A stretch of DNA of 64,000 nucleotides from an uncultured Gemmatimonadales bacterium (GTDB lineage: Bacteria; Gemmatimonadota; Gemmatimonadetes; Gemmatimonadales; GWC2-71-9), in contig CAWJIM010000019.1 in the NCBI GenBank assembly GCA_963842945.1, positions 416,001 through 480,000 of the forward strand. The letters run 5' to 3'. The notes beneath the pieces are model-generated. The model saw nothing but the letters and a program-made list of their open reading frames with translations, was not told the origin of the DNA and made no database searches. A program made the translations under genes and the position numbers. Shown piece after piece: positions 50,136 to 60,903 of this stretch. Each line of letters starts with the position of its first letter. Positions within the stretch are counted from its first letter, which is position 1.

Positions 50136-51628
50136 TCTTCCGCCCCAGCTTCACCACCGCGTCTACCAGGAGCTCGAAGTCAGTCCGCCGGCTTCGGTGG
50201 TTGACGTTGGCGCAACGAATCGCGTACTGCCCCTGCAGAACTGTGGCTGAGGGGAGGGCCAGTCCGCTCTCCTGCAACCGGAGCAGGATTTCCTCGTTCA
50301 AGGCATTGAGATCGACACCCTCATTTCCCCGCGGCACATAGCGAAAGCACACAACATTCAGCGGAACCGGCGCGAGCAGCTCCAGCTCCGGATGGGCCTC
50401 GATCAGACCGGCCAGGTATTGGGCCTGAGCCACATTCTGTTCGATCAGCCGGGCCAAGGCTGTCACCCCGTACGCCTTAAACGACAGCCACACCTTGAGG
50501 GCCTTGAATCCCCGAGTCAGGTCCACACCGCGATCGGCGAAGGGGAATCCTCCGGCGATAGGGCCCCGTTTGGCTCCGCCCAGATAGCTCGCGCTGATGG
50601 CAAAGGTGGCGCGGTGCAGCTCCGGATCGCGGACCAGGAGACAGGCGCACTCGAACGGCAGGTAACCCCACTTGTGGAGATCGAACCCGAGCGAATCGGC
50701 GAGCTCGATGCCCTTCACCTTGTCTCGCAGCTTGGGAGGCAAGCGAAGCAGGGCACCGAACGCTCCATCTACGTGGAACCAGATTCCCTCATTCCGGCAG
50801 AACTGGGCCAGAGCGGCAAGATCGTCGGTTGCTCCCGTGTTCACGGTGCCGGCGGTGCCAATGATGCAACACGGCAGCGCACCGGCTGCCCGATCCCGGG
50901 CAACCGCCTCCTTCAGGAGGGGAACGTTCATCCGGTACTCCTCGTCTACCGGGATCAACCGGAGCGAGCCATTTCCCAGGCCCAGCAGCTCGACCGCCTT
51001 TTGGGCCCACCCGTGCACCTCGGTTGAGGCGTAGCAAATCAACCTGGGAGTGGTCCGGCCGGTCTGCGCATCCTGGAGACCATCTTCTCGAACGTTGATT
51101 CCGATCCGCTCCAGGGCGTGGTGCCGAGCCACGGCGAAGCCAAGGATGTTCGCCATAGAACCGCCGGTCACCATCAGCCCGCTGGCCTCGGCGGGGAAGC
51201 CCATCAGCTCCGCGAGCCACCGTACCACCTGCTGTTCGACCAGGGTGGGGGACTGGTCGAAACCGGCCAAGTGCGGATTCAATCCGGCGGCAAGCATGTC
51301 GGCCATCATCCCAAAAGGAGTGCCGTTCCCCTGGACCCAGCCCCAGAAACGGGGATGCAGGTTGCCGTTCGGATAGGGAAGAACCAGACGGAGAAACGAT
51401 TGGTAGGCCGCCTCCTCACCCTCACCCTCCAGCGGCAGCGAACTGCTCAGGGCCGACCGCACCTCCGGCGGCGGCGACCGCCATACCGGCTGGTCGCGGA
51501 TCGTCGAGAGGTGATCCAGCATGTCGTCGACCATCCGGTGGGCCAGCGCCCGGAACTCGGACCACTCGGCCGGACCGGCCGGGTCCAGCGACTTCTCCAA
51601 GCTCTCGGTCAACAAGGGTTTACGTCAT
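50119..51628 (-). CDS. PLP-dependent (aromatic-L-amino-acid-type, group II) decarboxylase; probable extra base just after ATG 51628
   Basis: HPRFWGW, GGSMAN, GTAGTVNTG, HVDGAFG, DLHKW; SD GGAGAG before 51628. Confidence 0.9.
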
Positions 51629-51727
51629 GTTCTCTCTCCGTTTGAGCGCATGCCAACAGGGTCACACATTGGCTTGCCGCGCTACCCGCTTCATGCGCTC
51701 AAACTACTGGAACCTTACTATTCAATC

Positions 51728-52234
51728 ATGGCAGACACCTTGAACCGGCCGCCGCCAGCACCCATCGTGGTGAACCGGCGAACGCCGCAGGTCGAGCGCC
51801 TCAAGATCCTGACGCGGCTGCTGGACAACGCGTTCCAGATCCCGGGCACCCGGTTCCGCATCGGGCTGGACGCGATCGTCGGCATAATCCCCGGAATCGG
51901 GGATGCCATCGGTGCCGTGTTCTCCGCCTTCATCGTCTTTCAGGCGGCGCGGCTCGGTGTTTCTCGGGCGACCCTGGCGCGAATGATGGGCAATGTGGTG
52001 CTCGATACCGTCGTCGGGGAGATCCCCCTGCTCGGTGATCTGTTCGATGCCGGCTGGAAGGCGAACACGAAGAACATGGCCCTGCTGGAGGCGCATCTCG
52101 ATCGGCCTGAGTCAACCGGCAGGTCCAGCCGAACGGTGCTGCTTCTGTTGGGAGCAGGGTTGCTGGTGCTGCTGGCCGGAGTCATAGCTCTGGGAGTTCT
52201 CGTAGCCAAACTTGTCGTCGTTCAGATGCGGTGA
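51728..52234 (+). CDS. DUF4112 domain protein
   Basis: LLDNAFQIPGTRFRIGLDAIVGIIPGIGD...IPLLGDLFDAGWKAN. Confidence 0.9.
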   Translation: MADTLNRPPPAPIVVNRRTPQVERLKILTRLLDNAFQIPGTRFRIGLDAIVGIIPGIGDAIGAVFSAFIVFQAARLGVSRATLARMMGNVVLDTVVGEIPLLGDLFDAGWKANTKNMALLEAHLDRPESTGRSSRTVLLLLGAGLLVLLAGVIALGVLVAKLVVVQMR

Positions 52235-52238
52235 GTCG

Positions 52239-52652
52239 ATGCGGACCAGTCCATCGTTGTACAGCGTTGCCATCTTCGTCCACGATATCGGGCGGGCCAT
52301 CGAGTTCTACCGGGACAAGCTGCGGCTGCCGGTGACCAAGCAGGGCTCGTTCGGTGCTGAATTTCTCGAGGGTGAAACCCACATCGGCGTACACCCGGCC
52401 GTGCACCCGGAGGCCAAGTCTCTGGTCGGCAGGCACACCGGCATAACCCTCTTCGTTCCCGGACTGTTGCATTACTGCGGCGAGCTGCACGACCGCGGCG
52501 TTCGCTTCACCAGCGAGCCGACGCAGCAATCCTGGGGCGTTATGGCAATGGTGGCGGATCCGGATGGGAATGTGCTCGCCCTCTGGGAGGACAAGCTGCC
52601 GGAAGAGGAGGAGGCGTATCACTCGATGGATCAGGCGGACGGCATCGCCTGA
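52239..52652 (+). CDS. VOC/glyoxalase family protein
   Basis: VAIFVHDIGRAIEFYRDKL...WG..ADPDGNVL. Confidence 0.85.
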   Translation: MRTSPSLYSVAIFVHDIGRAIEFYRDKLRLPVTKQGSFGAEFLEGETHIGVHPAVHPEAKSLVGRHTGITLFVPGLLHYCGELHDRGVRFTSEPTQQSWGVMAMVADPDGNVLALWEDKLPEEEEAYHSMDQADGIA

Positions 52653-53135
52653 TCGCCGCTATGCCGTTGGCCGGGCCGGAACGGTGAGATGGCCAGGGCG
52701 CCGGGGTGGCCGCGAAAGCAGTCCTCCACGATCTGCCCCTGCTGCTCCATTCCGTACGCGCTGAAAGGCTTCCCCGGCTCCAGCGTGTAGTGATATGGAC
52801 TGGAGCCGAGGCGGCCCTTTCTGATAGAGCAAGTCTCTGAGCTGGGCCACGAATCCCCGTCCGAAGTAGCGCCAGAACCCCCAAGCCTGAAACTGGGCGC
52901 AATGCGTGAGCTCGTGCGCCAGGACCGGCAGATGTTCCTCGCAGTGATCTGGAAGGAAAACCCGGTTGCCCAGCGCCACGGCTCGATTCCGGCTGAGCCG
53001 CAACACCGCCGTGCGAAGGCGGCGGGACCAACCAGTCGCATCGGACCGGTAGAGGCGGACGCGCCGATGATCGAGCAGGGAGCTCAGCGTTCCCAGGGCT
53101 AGCCGCTCGGAAGAAGTGAGGCGCGCCGCCGGCAC
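52631..53135 (-). CDS. DUF4157-like HExxH zinc-metallopeptidase-domain protein, frameshift near 52820
   Basis: AVALGNRVF, LAHELTHCAQF, YGMEQQGQIVED. Confidence 0.7.
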
Positions 53136-53138
53136 CGC

Positions 53139-54297
53139 CTATCTCCCCAGGAATTCGCCGATTGGCGCGAGCGCCTCGATGTGATCGCAGAAGATCTTGA
53201 ACGTCGCAATGAGGGGCACAGCAATAAAGGCTCCGGGAACTCCCCAGATCCACCACCAGAACACTAGTCCCACGAAGATGGCAACCGGATTCAGCGTGAG
53301 CCGCCGGCCGAGAATGAGTGGCGCGATCAGTTGTGACTGGAGGATGTTGACCCCGAGGTAGGCCACGGGGACGAGCAGTGCATGCCCGACCTCCTGGAAG
53401 GTAACCAGCCCCGCCAGCGTCAACAGCGTCACCACCGCCGATGCGCCCAGATAGGGGATGAACTCCGCGAGAGCAGCCAGCACGCCCCAGAGCACGGGGT
53501 TAGGCATCTTGAGCAGGAACATGACGATGGCGACGGCCAGACCGAGCGCGAGGTTGACCAGCGTCACCGTCACGAGATAGGTGGAGATCGAGGCTTCGGT
53601 CTCCCGGGCAATCGCCACGGCCTTCTTCTTGTCGCGAAGCTGGGGCAGAACCTTGATCAGCTTCTGCAGAAACAGGTCGCCGGCTGCGAGCAGAAAGTAG
53701 AGGAGGATGATCACCTCGAACGCGCTGGCGACGAGCGTTTGAGTGGTGCCGAACAGTCGTTCGGTCAGCGACGGACCCTTCAGCACCACTTCCTGCGTCT
53801 TGGTTCCGTTGTCCACTTTCGTGGCCTGCTCGACCTGCTCCGCGGTCTTACTGACTTGTTCTACCGGCGTTCGCAGCTTTCGGAGTCGATTCTCCGCTTC
53901 CCGCATGCTGGCCGGCAGCTTGGCCACCCACTCCCTTGGCGGGCCCCACCAGTCCGTAGACCGCAACGCCTCCGGTTCCCAGCAATCCCACAATCACCAG
54001 GGCGGCCCCCAGAGGTTCGGGAACCCGGGCGCGCTTGAGTGCGCGGATCAATGGGCTCAGAAGAAAGTCGAGCAGGACGGCGAGAACGATGGGGAGAAAG
54101 AAGGCGCGAGCAAAATAGAGCGTATACAAAGCAGCAAGGACGAACAGACCGGTGATCGAGATCGAGCGGACTTCCACCCGCTCGCGCAGGGCTTCGCCCA
54201 GCTTGTTGATATCCGGTTGGTCGACTGCCGCACCAGCGTCAGGATCGGGGACAGGCCCCGGTACATCGGGCTCGAATGGAGATGTGCCTTGGGTCAC
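53139..54297 (-). CDS. AI-2E family transporter, frameshifts near 53945-53990
   Basis: FFLPIVLAVLLDFLLSP, EFIPYLG, LNPVAIF...WIWGVPGAFIAVP. Confidence 0.88.
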
Positions 54298-54383
54298 CCT
54301 TGTCCCTCCGTCCGGCCCAGCAGTAGGTTAGCGCCCATCACCCGGGTAGCAGCCTTGCCCTCTTCTGAACGGAATTGAGCCGT

Positions 54384-55135
54384 ATGTCTCGCCTCTGGCA
54401 ATCGATCCTCTCGCTCTGGGCCTGGCTCGTGTTGGTACTATGCATTCTGATCTGGTTCCCGGTAATGCTCATTCTGCTGCTGGTGACCGGAGCATTCGAT
54501 CGAGGTCGCTATATCGTCGGATACGTCTTTCGCCGCATTGGGCCGGTGACGGCCACGCTGAACCCGCTCTGGCAGCTTTCGCTACTCGGGAACGATGCCC
54601 AAGAATCCGCGGCATCCCTACGTGGTTGTCTCGAATCATGAATCGTTCGCCGACATCCTCCTGGTCAGCCACCTGCCCTGGGAAATGAAATGGCTCTCCA
54701 AGGCCGAGCTCTTTCGAATTCCCGATAATGGGATGGATGATGTGGCTGGCCGGAGACATTCCGGTAAAGCGCGGCTTCGGTCCCAGTGCGGTCGAGGCCA
54801 TGGAGCGCTGCCGTAAGGTGCTCCGGCAAAAGGTCTCTGTGATGATCTTCCCGGAGGGGACCCGCTCCAAGACCACCGAGCTGCTTCCGTTCAAGGATGG
54901 TGCTTTCCGTCTTGCGGTCGAGGCCGGGGTTCCCATTCTGCCTCTCGCGCTCAGCGGGACGGGTACGGCGCTTCCCAAGCATGGCTGGCGCTTCGGGCGA
55001 TCGGCAGCGCACCTGCGGGTACTGGAGCCGGTGGAAACGGCCGGCCTCACCCTGGCCGATGTGCCCTCATTGAAGGCGCGAGTTCGAGATCTGATTGTTC
55101 AGGCCAGAGACTCGCTGGCTGCCGAGATGCGCTAG
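54384..55135 (+). CDS. Lysophospholipid (1-acyl-sn-glycerol-3-phosphate) acyltransferase, PlsC family; frameshifted
   Basis: SNHESFAD, IFPEGTRS, PFKDGAF. Confidence 0.85.
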
Positions 55136-56043
55136 GCCCTCCCCAAATCTCCCGGCGCTCGAACTCGGCCAACCGCCCCTGCCAACGCCAACAGTGTGAG
55201 CAGGTAGGGCAGCATTAAGAAGAGCTGGTATGGCGCCTGAACACCCAATGCTTGAAAGATGAACTGCAACGCCGTCGCCAGCCCAAACAGCAGGGCTGCC
55301 AGGGCAACTCCCCCCGGGTGCCAGCGACCCAGCACCACGATGGCGATTGCCAGGAAGCCTCTCCCGGCAGTCATGCGCTCCGCGAACGTGCCCACCTGGG
55401 CCAGGACGAGTGTCGCGCCACCGAGACCAACGAAAGCACCGCCGATGACCGTGGCTGCGGAGCGGATCAGCGTGGTCCGTACTCCCATGGCTCGGGCCAT
55501 GGCCGCCGCTTCGCCGGTGGCGCGCAACGCGAGCCCCACTCGTGTCCGGAAGAGCACCCACCAGACCAGCGGCAGCGCTGCAAAGACGAGGTATGTCGGG
55601 ATGGGCTGCTGGAAGAAACCCGGTCCCAGCACGGGGATCCGGGACAGACCGGGTATCGGTAGGTCCGAAAATGTAGGTATGCTGAGACCCACACCCTGAA
55701 TGCCGTACGCCTGGCGGTAGATGGTGCCGGTGAGGCCAACCATGGCCAGCGTAACCGCGGTGCCGGTGATGACCTGATCTGCCCGGGCACCAATTGCGAG
55801 CAGGGCAAAGACACCAGCCGCAAGCATCCCAGCGAGAGCCGCCATTCCCAGACCACCCCACGGTCCCCACGTCGTTGCCCCAAGGGCGGCAGCCAGAGCG
55901 CCGGCCAGCATGATTCCCTCGATCCCCAGATTGATCACGCCTGAGCGCTCGGTGATGGTCTCGCCGGTGGCAGCGAACAGGAGGGGCGTGGCCACCCGAA
56001 CCGCCGCAGCGAGAAATCCGCCAGCGAGCACCAATGGGTCCAT
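55132..56043 (-). CDS. ABC transporter permease (nucleoside/sugar type)
   Basis: ATPLLFAATGETITERSGVINLGIEG, GRGFLAIAIVVLGRW. Confidence 0.92.
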   Translation of the reverse strand: MDPLVLAGGFLAAAVRVATPLLFAATGETITERSGVINLGIEGIMLAGALAAALGATTWGPWGGLGMAALAGMLAAGVFALLAIGARADQVITGTAVTLAMVGLTGTIYRQAYGIQGVGLSIPTFSDLPIPGLSRIPVLGPGFFQQPIPTYLVFAALPLVWWVLFRTRVGLALRATGEAAAMARAMGVRTTLIRSAATVIGGAFVGLGGATLVLAQVGTFAERMTAGRGFLAIAIVVLGRWHPGGVALAALLFGLATALQFIFQALGVQAPYQLFLMLPYLLTLLALAGAVGRVRAPGDLGRA

Positions 56044-57098
56044 CAGCTCGCCTTGCGCATTGCCGGACGAATTCTTCGAATGACTCGCGCGTTCATCCAG
56101 CCGCCTTTTGGCGTGGTCGCGAGCAGGGCGACGACGATAATCGCGGCCTCGACCACAAAAACCGCAACGGCCGGGATCCCAGCGTCGCGCTGCATGGCTC
56201 CCGCACCCGCTTCCAAGGCGCCGATCAGCACTCCGCTGAGCACCACACCGGCCGGGTCGAGTCCTCCCAGCAAAGCCACGGCAATTCCAGTAAAGCCGTA
56301 TCCTGGCGACAGGTTCTGAAACAGGGCGTACGACACTCCGCTTATTTCCACGCCCCCAGCCAGCCCGGCCAGAGCTCCGGAGCACAACAGTGCCATGGCT
56401 CCGACTCTTTGTGGATCGACTCGGCCGCTGATCTCCGCAGCGCGCGGCCCCGCGCCCACCGCCCGAAGCCGGAATCCCCAGAGAGTAAAATGAAAGAGGT
56501 ACCAGAGCACGAGGCCGACGAGCAGAGCCAGGAAGAAGCCGGCGTGAAGTCGGCTGTCTCCCAGCAGGGGTAGGCGTGCCGGATCCGGAATGGCGTCGCT
56601 CTGGGGGTACACCCGGCTGTGCTCCTGCAGTGGGCCTTGCACCAACAGGCTGACCAGGGATTCGGCCACGAAATTCAGCAGCAGGGTACTGATGACCTCA
56701 ATCACGCCAAACCGAAGCTTGAGCCAGACCGGAATGGCTATCCATGCAGCGCCTGCTATGGCAGACCCCACCAACAGCAGTGGGATGCCCAGAGCCGAAG
56801 GTACCCGGGCCAGGTGCAGCCCGATCCAGGTCGCCGCTATGGCGCCGGCATAGAATTGTCCCTCACCACCGATGTTGAAGGACCCACCGCGGAACGCGAT
56901 CGCGATTCCCAACCCGATCAGAATCAGCGGAACGGCTCGGACCAGGGTAGCCGAGGTGAATGCATACCAGGAGCCGAAAGCGCCACTGAACAGGGCGGCG
57001 AGCGCTATGCCGGGATCGTATCCAGCCAGGTACAGACCTGTCGCCAGAAGGCTCAGTCCGATCAACACAGCGGCCAGTGCCCACCACAGCCGATTCAC
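56043..57098 (-). CDS. ABC transporter permease (nucleoside/sugar type)
   Basis: FNIGGEGQ, EVISTLLLNF, GYGFTGIAVALLG. Confidence 0.92.
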   Translation of the reverse strand: MNRLWWALAAVLIGLSLLATGLYLAGYDPGIALAALFSGAFGSWYAFTSATLVRAVPLILIGLGIAIAFRGGSFNIGGEGQFYAGAIAATWIGLHLARVPSALGIPLLLVGSAIAGAAWIAIPVWLKLRFGVIEVISTLLLNFVAESLVSLLVQGPLQEHSRVYPQSDAIPDPARLPLLGDSRLHAGFFLALLVGLVLWYLFHFTLWGFRLRAVGAGPRAAEISGRVDPQRVGAMALLCSGALAGLAGGVEISGVSYALFQNLSPGYGFTGIAVALLGGLDPAGVVLSGVLIGALEAGAGAMQRDAGIPAVAVFVVEAAIIVVALLATTPKGGWMNARVIRRIRPAMRKAS

Positions 57099-58564
57099 CT
57101 CGCAGGCTCCTGCAGCATCATGCGGCCGATCTCATCCCGTGTAGCCGTCGCCGGAGCCTCCGACAGCACCCCGCGACAGACGACGATCGTTCGATGAGAT
57201 AGCTGCAACACTTCATCCAGGTCGCTGGAGTACACCAGAACGGCTGCTCCGGCTTCAGCTGCTGCGCTGATTCGGGAGCGGATTGCGGCCGCAGCACCGA
57301 TGTCCAGACCCCGGGTTGGATTCTCGGCTACCAGAACTGCCGGATTGCGCGAAAGCTCTCGAGCCACGATGAGCTTCTGCTGATTGCCACCGCTCAGGGA
57401 TCCCGCACGCGCAGCAGGCCCATCAGCGACGATTCCATACTGCTGCAGCAGCTCCGCTGTCCGAACCCGCGCTGCCCGCCAATTGAGGTACCCTGGTCGG
57501 ATCCAAGGGGCCTCGTGGTCCAGGCCAAGCGTGACATTCTGGGTAAGACTCAGCTCTGGAATCAGACCCTCTGAAGTACGGTCTTCCGGGATGAAGCCGA
57601 TCGGTCCGGCTACTTCCAGTCTTCCCCGCAACGGAAGGATTCGGCCCGCGATGGCCCGCAGCAGCTCGCGTTGTCCGTTCCCCTCCACCGCAGCGATTCC
57701 GACGATCTCGCCTCCCTGAATCCTCAGCGATCCGTGCCGAACTGCTATACCGTAGCCGCTCTCTCGGGAAACCTCGAGCGCCTCCATCCGGACCAGAACA
57801 GGGGCTGCGCCGGCAGCTGGTCGCGATCTCGACCTGGCCGGTTCAGCAGTGTCCGGCGCCGATCCGATCATTGCGCGGGCCAGCGAGCTCGCTGTCTCGT
57901 CGATGACAGTTCCGGAGTGCGTCACGGCGCCCTGACGCAGCACCGTCACTCGATCCGCTACTCGGAGCGCCTCGTCCAATTTGTGGGTGATCAGGACGGC
58001 AGACCCGCCGGCCTCAGCGAATCTCCGCACCACCTGGAGTAACTCATCTGCCTCTGGTGGCGCCAACACCGCGGTGGGCTCATCCAGCAGCAGAATCCTC
58101 GCATCGACCGCGAGAGCTTTGACGATCTCCAGCCGTTGTTTCAATGCCACCGGAAGACGGCCGGCTCGCTGGTCAGCGTCGAGAGGCAGGCCCAGTTTCT
58201 CGCTCAGAGCCTCAGCCTTCCGGCAGAGATGCCGAGGATGGCCGGCCCAACCCGCGGCAAGGGCAATGTTCTCGGCCACCGTCAAAGCCGGGATCGAGGT
58301 AAAGTGCTGATGCACCATGCCCAAGCCAAGATTTCGTGCCTGTCGGGGAGACCAGATGGTCCGATCGCTGCCATTGAGTCGCACCGATCCCGCGTCGGGC
58401 AACACCATGCCGTAGGCGACATGCATCAGCGTGGATTTGCCTGCTCCATTCTCACCCAGCAGCGCGTGCACCTCACCGGAGCCCAGAGTAAAATCGGCTC
58501 CGCGGAGTGCCTCCACGGAGCCGAATCGCTTTCGAATCCCCACGAGCTCGAGAAGGGGAGGCAC
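57095..58564 (-). CDS. ABC transporter ATP-binding protein (two NBDs)
   Basis: GENGAGKST, MVHQHF, LDEPTA, LSGGNQQK, PTRGLD. Confidence 0.93.
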   Translation of the reverse strand: MPPLLELVGIRKRFGSVEALRGADFTLGSGEVHALLGENGAGKSTLMHVAYGMVLPDAGSVRLNGSDRTIWSPRQARNLGLGMVHQHFTSIPALTVAENIALAAGWAGHPRHLCRKAEALSEKLGLPLDADQRAGRLPVALKQRLEIVKALAVDARILLLDEPTAVLAPPEADELLQVVRRFAEAGGSAVLITHKLDEALRVADRVTVLRQGAVTHSGTVIDETASSLARAMIGSAPDTAEPARSRSRPAAGAAPVLVRMEALEVSRESGYGIAVRHGSLRIQGGEIVGIAAVEGNGQRELLRAIAGRILPLRGRLEVAGPIGFIPEDRTSEGLIPELSLTQNVTLGLDHEAPWIRPGYLNWRAARVRTAELLQQYGIVADGPAARAGSLSGGNQQKLIVARELSRNPAVLVAENPTRGLDIGAAAAIRSRISAAAEAGAAVLVYSSDLDEVLQLSHRTIVVCRGVLSEAPATATRDEIGRMMLQEPAR

Positions 58565-58568
58565 TGGA

Positions 58569-59366
58569 TCAGAGACCGGTAGGGTGATCGTGGAACTCCC
58601 AGTCGACATCGAACAGCTCGCCCAAGTGGGACGCCATCGCCTGAACACCCAGTGTTTCGGTTGCGTAGTGTCCGGCGTAGATCAGATTCAGGCCCCACTC
58701 CATGGCATCGAAGTAGGTGTGGTGTGGGCCTTCGCCGGTAATGAATGTGTCGATGCCGGCATCACGCGCCTGCGCAAGCATGTTTCCGGCGCCTCCGGTG
58801 ATAATGCCCACTCGCGCCGGCTTCTCCGGCCCTCCCGGAATCAGCGTGGCGCTCCCTTTCAGGGTATGAAGCACGCGGTCAAGCTCGAGGGCCAGCGCTT
58901 CTCTCGTGGGAAGACCGCTCGGCACTTCTCCCCAGACTCCCATAAGGATGCCGCGATAGTTGCCGAACCACCCCTCCACGCGTATGCCGAGCCGCTCAGC
59001 CAGTACTGCATTGTTGCCCACCTCCGGATGGACATCCAAGGGTATGTGAGCTGCGTAGAGTGGAATGTCGTGGGCCAGCAGAGTGGACAGCCGCCGATAG
59101 CGCCGTCCAGTGATCGGAATGTTGCCGTCCCAGAAAAGTCCGTGGTGCACCAGGAGCAGCGCCGGGGGCTTCCGGGGCTCGAGTGACGCAACGACTCCCT
59201 CAATCGTAGCAAGGGAAGCATCTACTGCGGCAACGATCCGCCCTATGTGGCCGCTATTCTCCACCTGGAGCCCATTCACCGCATTGACTTCGTCGGGGAT
59301 GTCTTTGATCCGAAGAAACTGATCGAGATAGCCGGAAACTCTGGCGAGTTGCTGCGCTTGAGTCAT
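58569..59366 (-). CDS. Nif3-like dinuclear metal centre hexameric protein
   Basis: NGLQVE, VHHGLFW, HIPLDVHPEVGNN, FITGE, AGHYATE. Confidence 0.93.
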   Translation of the reverse strand: MTQAQQLARVSGYLDQFLRIKDIPDEVNAVNGLQVENSGHIGRIVAAVDASLATIEGVVASLEPRKPPALLLVHHGLFWDGNIPITGRRYRRLSTLLAHDIPLYAAHIPLDVHPEVGNNAVLAERLGIRVEGWFGNYRGILMGVWGEVPSGLPTREALALELDRVLHTLKGSATLIPGGPEKPARVGIITGGAGNMLAQARDAGIDTFITGEGPHHTYFDAMEWGLNLIYAGHYATETLGVQAMASHLGELFDVDWEFHDHPTGL

Positions 59367-60385
59367 GCGCCGATTCGGCCCAACGACTTCTGAGGGGTGT
59401 GCCGGTCGGTGGCCTCCATGCTTGTGGGCCGGGGTGCCGCAAGCAGAGTTCCGGAGGAGATCGAGTCTGCCGCCGCGGTCACTCGAGCCTGGAGGCCGGC
59501 CGGAACGATACTGTCCAATCGAGGGTCGGGCACGTAGCTCACAACGCCGCTCTTGAGGCCGAAAGCCTCCACGTGTGCCTTGAAGTTGCCCTGCTTCACC
59601 TCGTTTGCGATCAGCAGGAACGCTCGGGGCAGATCGATAATTGCACTCCCGAGGACGTGGCCGGGAGCGAGCCCGGCTTGGTCGGTGTTCGCCCCGAAAA
59701 CGTACACGCCGGGGCGGTCCTTGACCGCTTGGAATAGCCCCAGAGCTGCAGCGTCCGCGTTGTGGTGGAACATGTCCGCACCCGCACCTATCAGGGCCAG
59801 TGCCGCCTCTCGGCCCGCGGCAACGTCATCGAAGCTATTCAGGTATACCAGTCGGGATCGGATTTTGGGGTTCACCGACCGAGCCCCGTTGAGCCAGCCT
59901 TGGTAGGCTGCTTCGATCGGGGGGAGCTGGATCCCGCCCACAAAACCCAGCGTGCCGGTCTTGCTCATCCCAGCCGCCACCATGCCCGCCAGGTAGCTGG
60001 CCTCTTCCAATCGAAATATCAGGGGAGAGACGTTGAGTCTGGCTCTTCGCCCGGAGGTCACCACAAAAACGGTACGAGGATAGGAGGCAGAGGCTCGCTC
60101 GGCGAGATCCTGGAACTCAAAACCATGAGCAAACACCAGGTCGTACCCCTGGGCCGCGTAGCTGCGAAGCGCCTCGCTCTGCTCCGCCGGGGAACGAGCC
60201 TCGATGTGACTGATCCGCGCCCCGAGCGAATCACCAATCCGCTGCAGTCCCGCATAGGCACCGGAGTTCCAGGCTGCATCAGTCACCGAGCCAGGCGTGA
60301 CCAGCCCGACCCGCAACCCGCCGGCCTGATCGCGGGAGCAGGAGGCCAACATTATGGCGACAGCATAGCAGCAGAGCCTGGCCAT
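59363..60385 (-). CDS. BMP family ABC transporter substrate-binding lipoprotein
   Basis: Lipobox LASC; PGSVTDAAWN, HGFEF, YLAGMVAA, GFVGG, GAD. Confidence 0.9.
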   Translation of the reverse strand: MARLCCYAVAIMLASCSRDQAGGLRVGLVTPGSVTDAAWNSGAYAGLQRIGDSLGARISHIEARSPAEQSEALRSYAAQGYDLVFAHGFEFQDLAERASASYPRTVFVVTSGRRARLNVSPLIFRLEEASYLAGMVAAGMSKTGTLGFVGGIQLPPIEAAYQGWLNGARSVNPKIRSRLVYLNSFDDVAAGREAALALIGAGADMFHHNADAAALGLFQAVKDRPGVYVFGANTDQAGLAPGHVLGSAIIDLPRAFLLIANEVKQGNFKAHVEAFGLKSGVVSYVPDPRLDSIVPAGLQARVTAAADSISSGTLLAAPRPTSMEATDRHTPQKSLGRIGA

Positions 60386-60483
60386 TCCAATTTTTCGGAG
60401 GGCAGGTGCGCGGAATTGCACCCGAGAGCGGGCGGAAGTGACCCTCAAGATTTTACTATCCACACACTTAGGTGAATTTTCAA

Positions 60484-60903
60484 CTATTTGTGGGAAGTCC
60501 CGACGACGTGTCCCTCGGTTTTGGAGTCCATTTTCACTTCGCCACTGACTCTGGCGCCTTCTATTATAGAAATGCGAGGCGTCAGAATGTCGCCGGCGAC
60601 CATGGCGCTGGCCTGAAGCTCCACGCGCTCCCGGGCATGAATGGCTCCGCTCACCTGACCCGCTATCACGGCCTCCTGGGTGTGCAGGTCTCCCTCGATC
60701 ACAGCCCCTGAGGCAACCAGCACCTGAGACCCTACCCTGACCGTTCCCTTGACCCGTCCCTCGATGCGCACGACCCCGTCTGTCTCAAGGTCGCCAATAA
60801 CTGTCATGTCGCTGGCGATTATTGAGAAGGGTATTTGATCGGTTTTACGGCGTCTGAGCTCGTTGCCCTGATCATCCCGTGGCGGGCTGGAGAAGATGCC
60901 CAT
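60484..60903 (-). CDS. Bactofilin (polymer-forming cytoskeletal protein)
   Basis: SIIASDMTVIGDL..DGVVRIEGRVKG beta-helix repeats. Confidence 0.92.
   Translation of the reverse strand: MGIFSSPPRDDQGNELRRRKTDQIPFSIIASDMTVIGDLETDGVVRIEGRVKGTVRVGSQVLVASGAVIEGDLHTQEAVIAGQVSGAIHARERVELQASAMVAGDILTPRISIIEGARVSGEVKMDSKTEGHVVGTSHK

Noticed and set aside
52631..53135. Contractile injection system or toxin locus suggested by the DUF4157-like domain
   Set aside because: Isolated small gene with no sheath, tube, baseplate or immunity genes nearby
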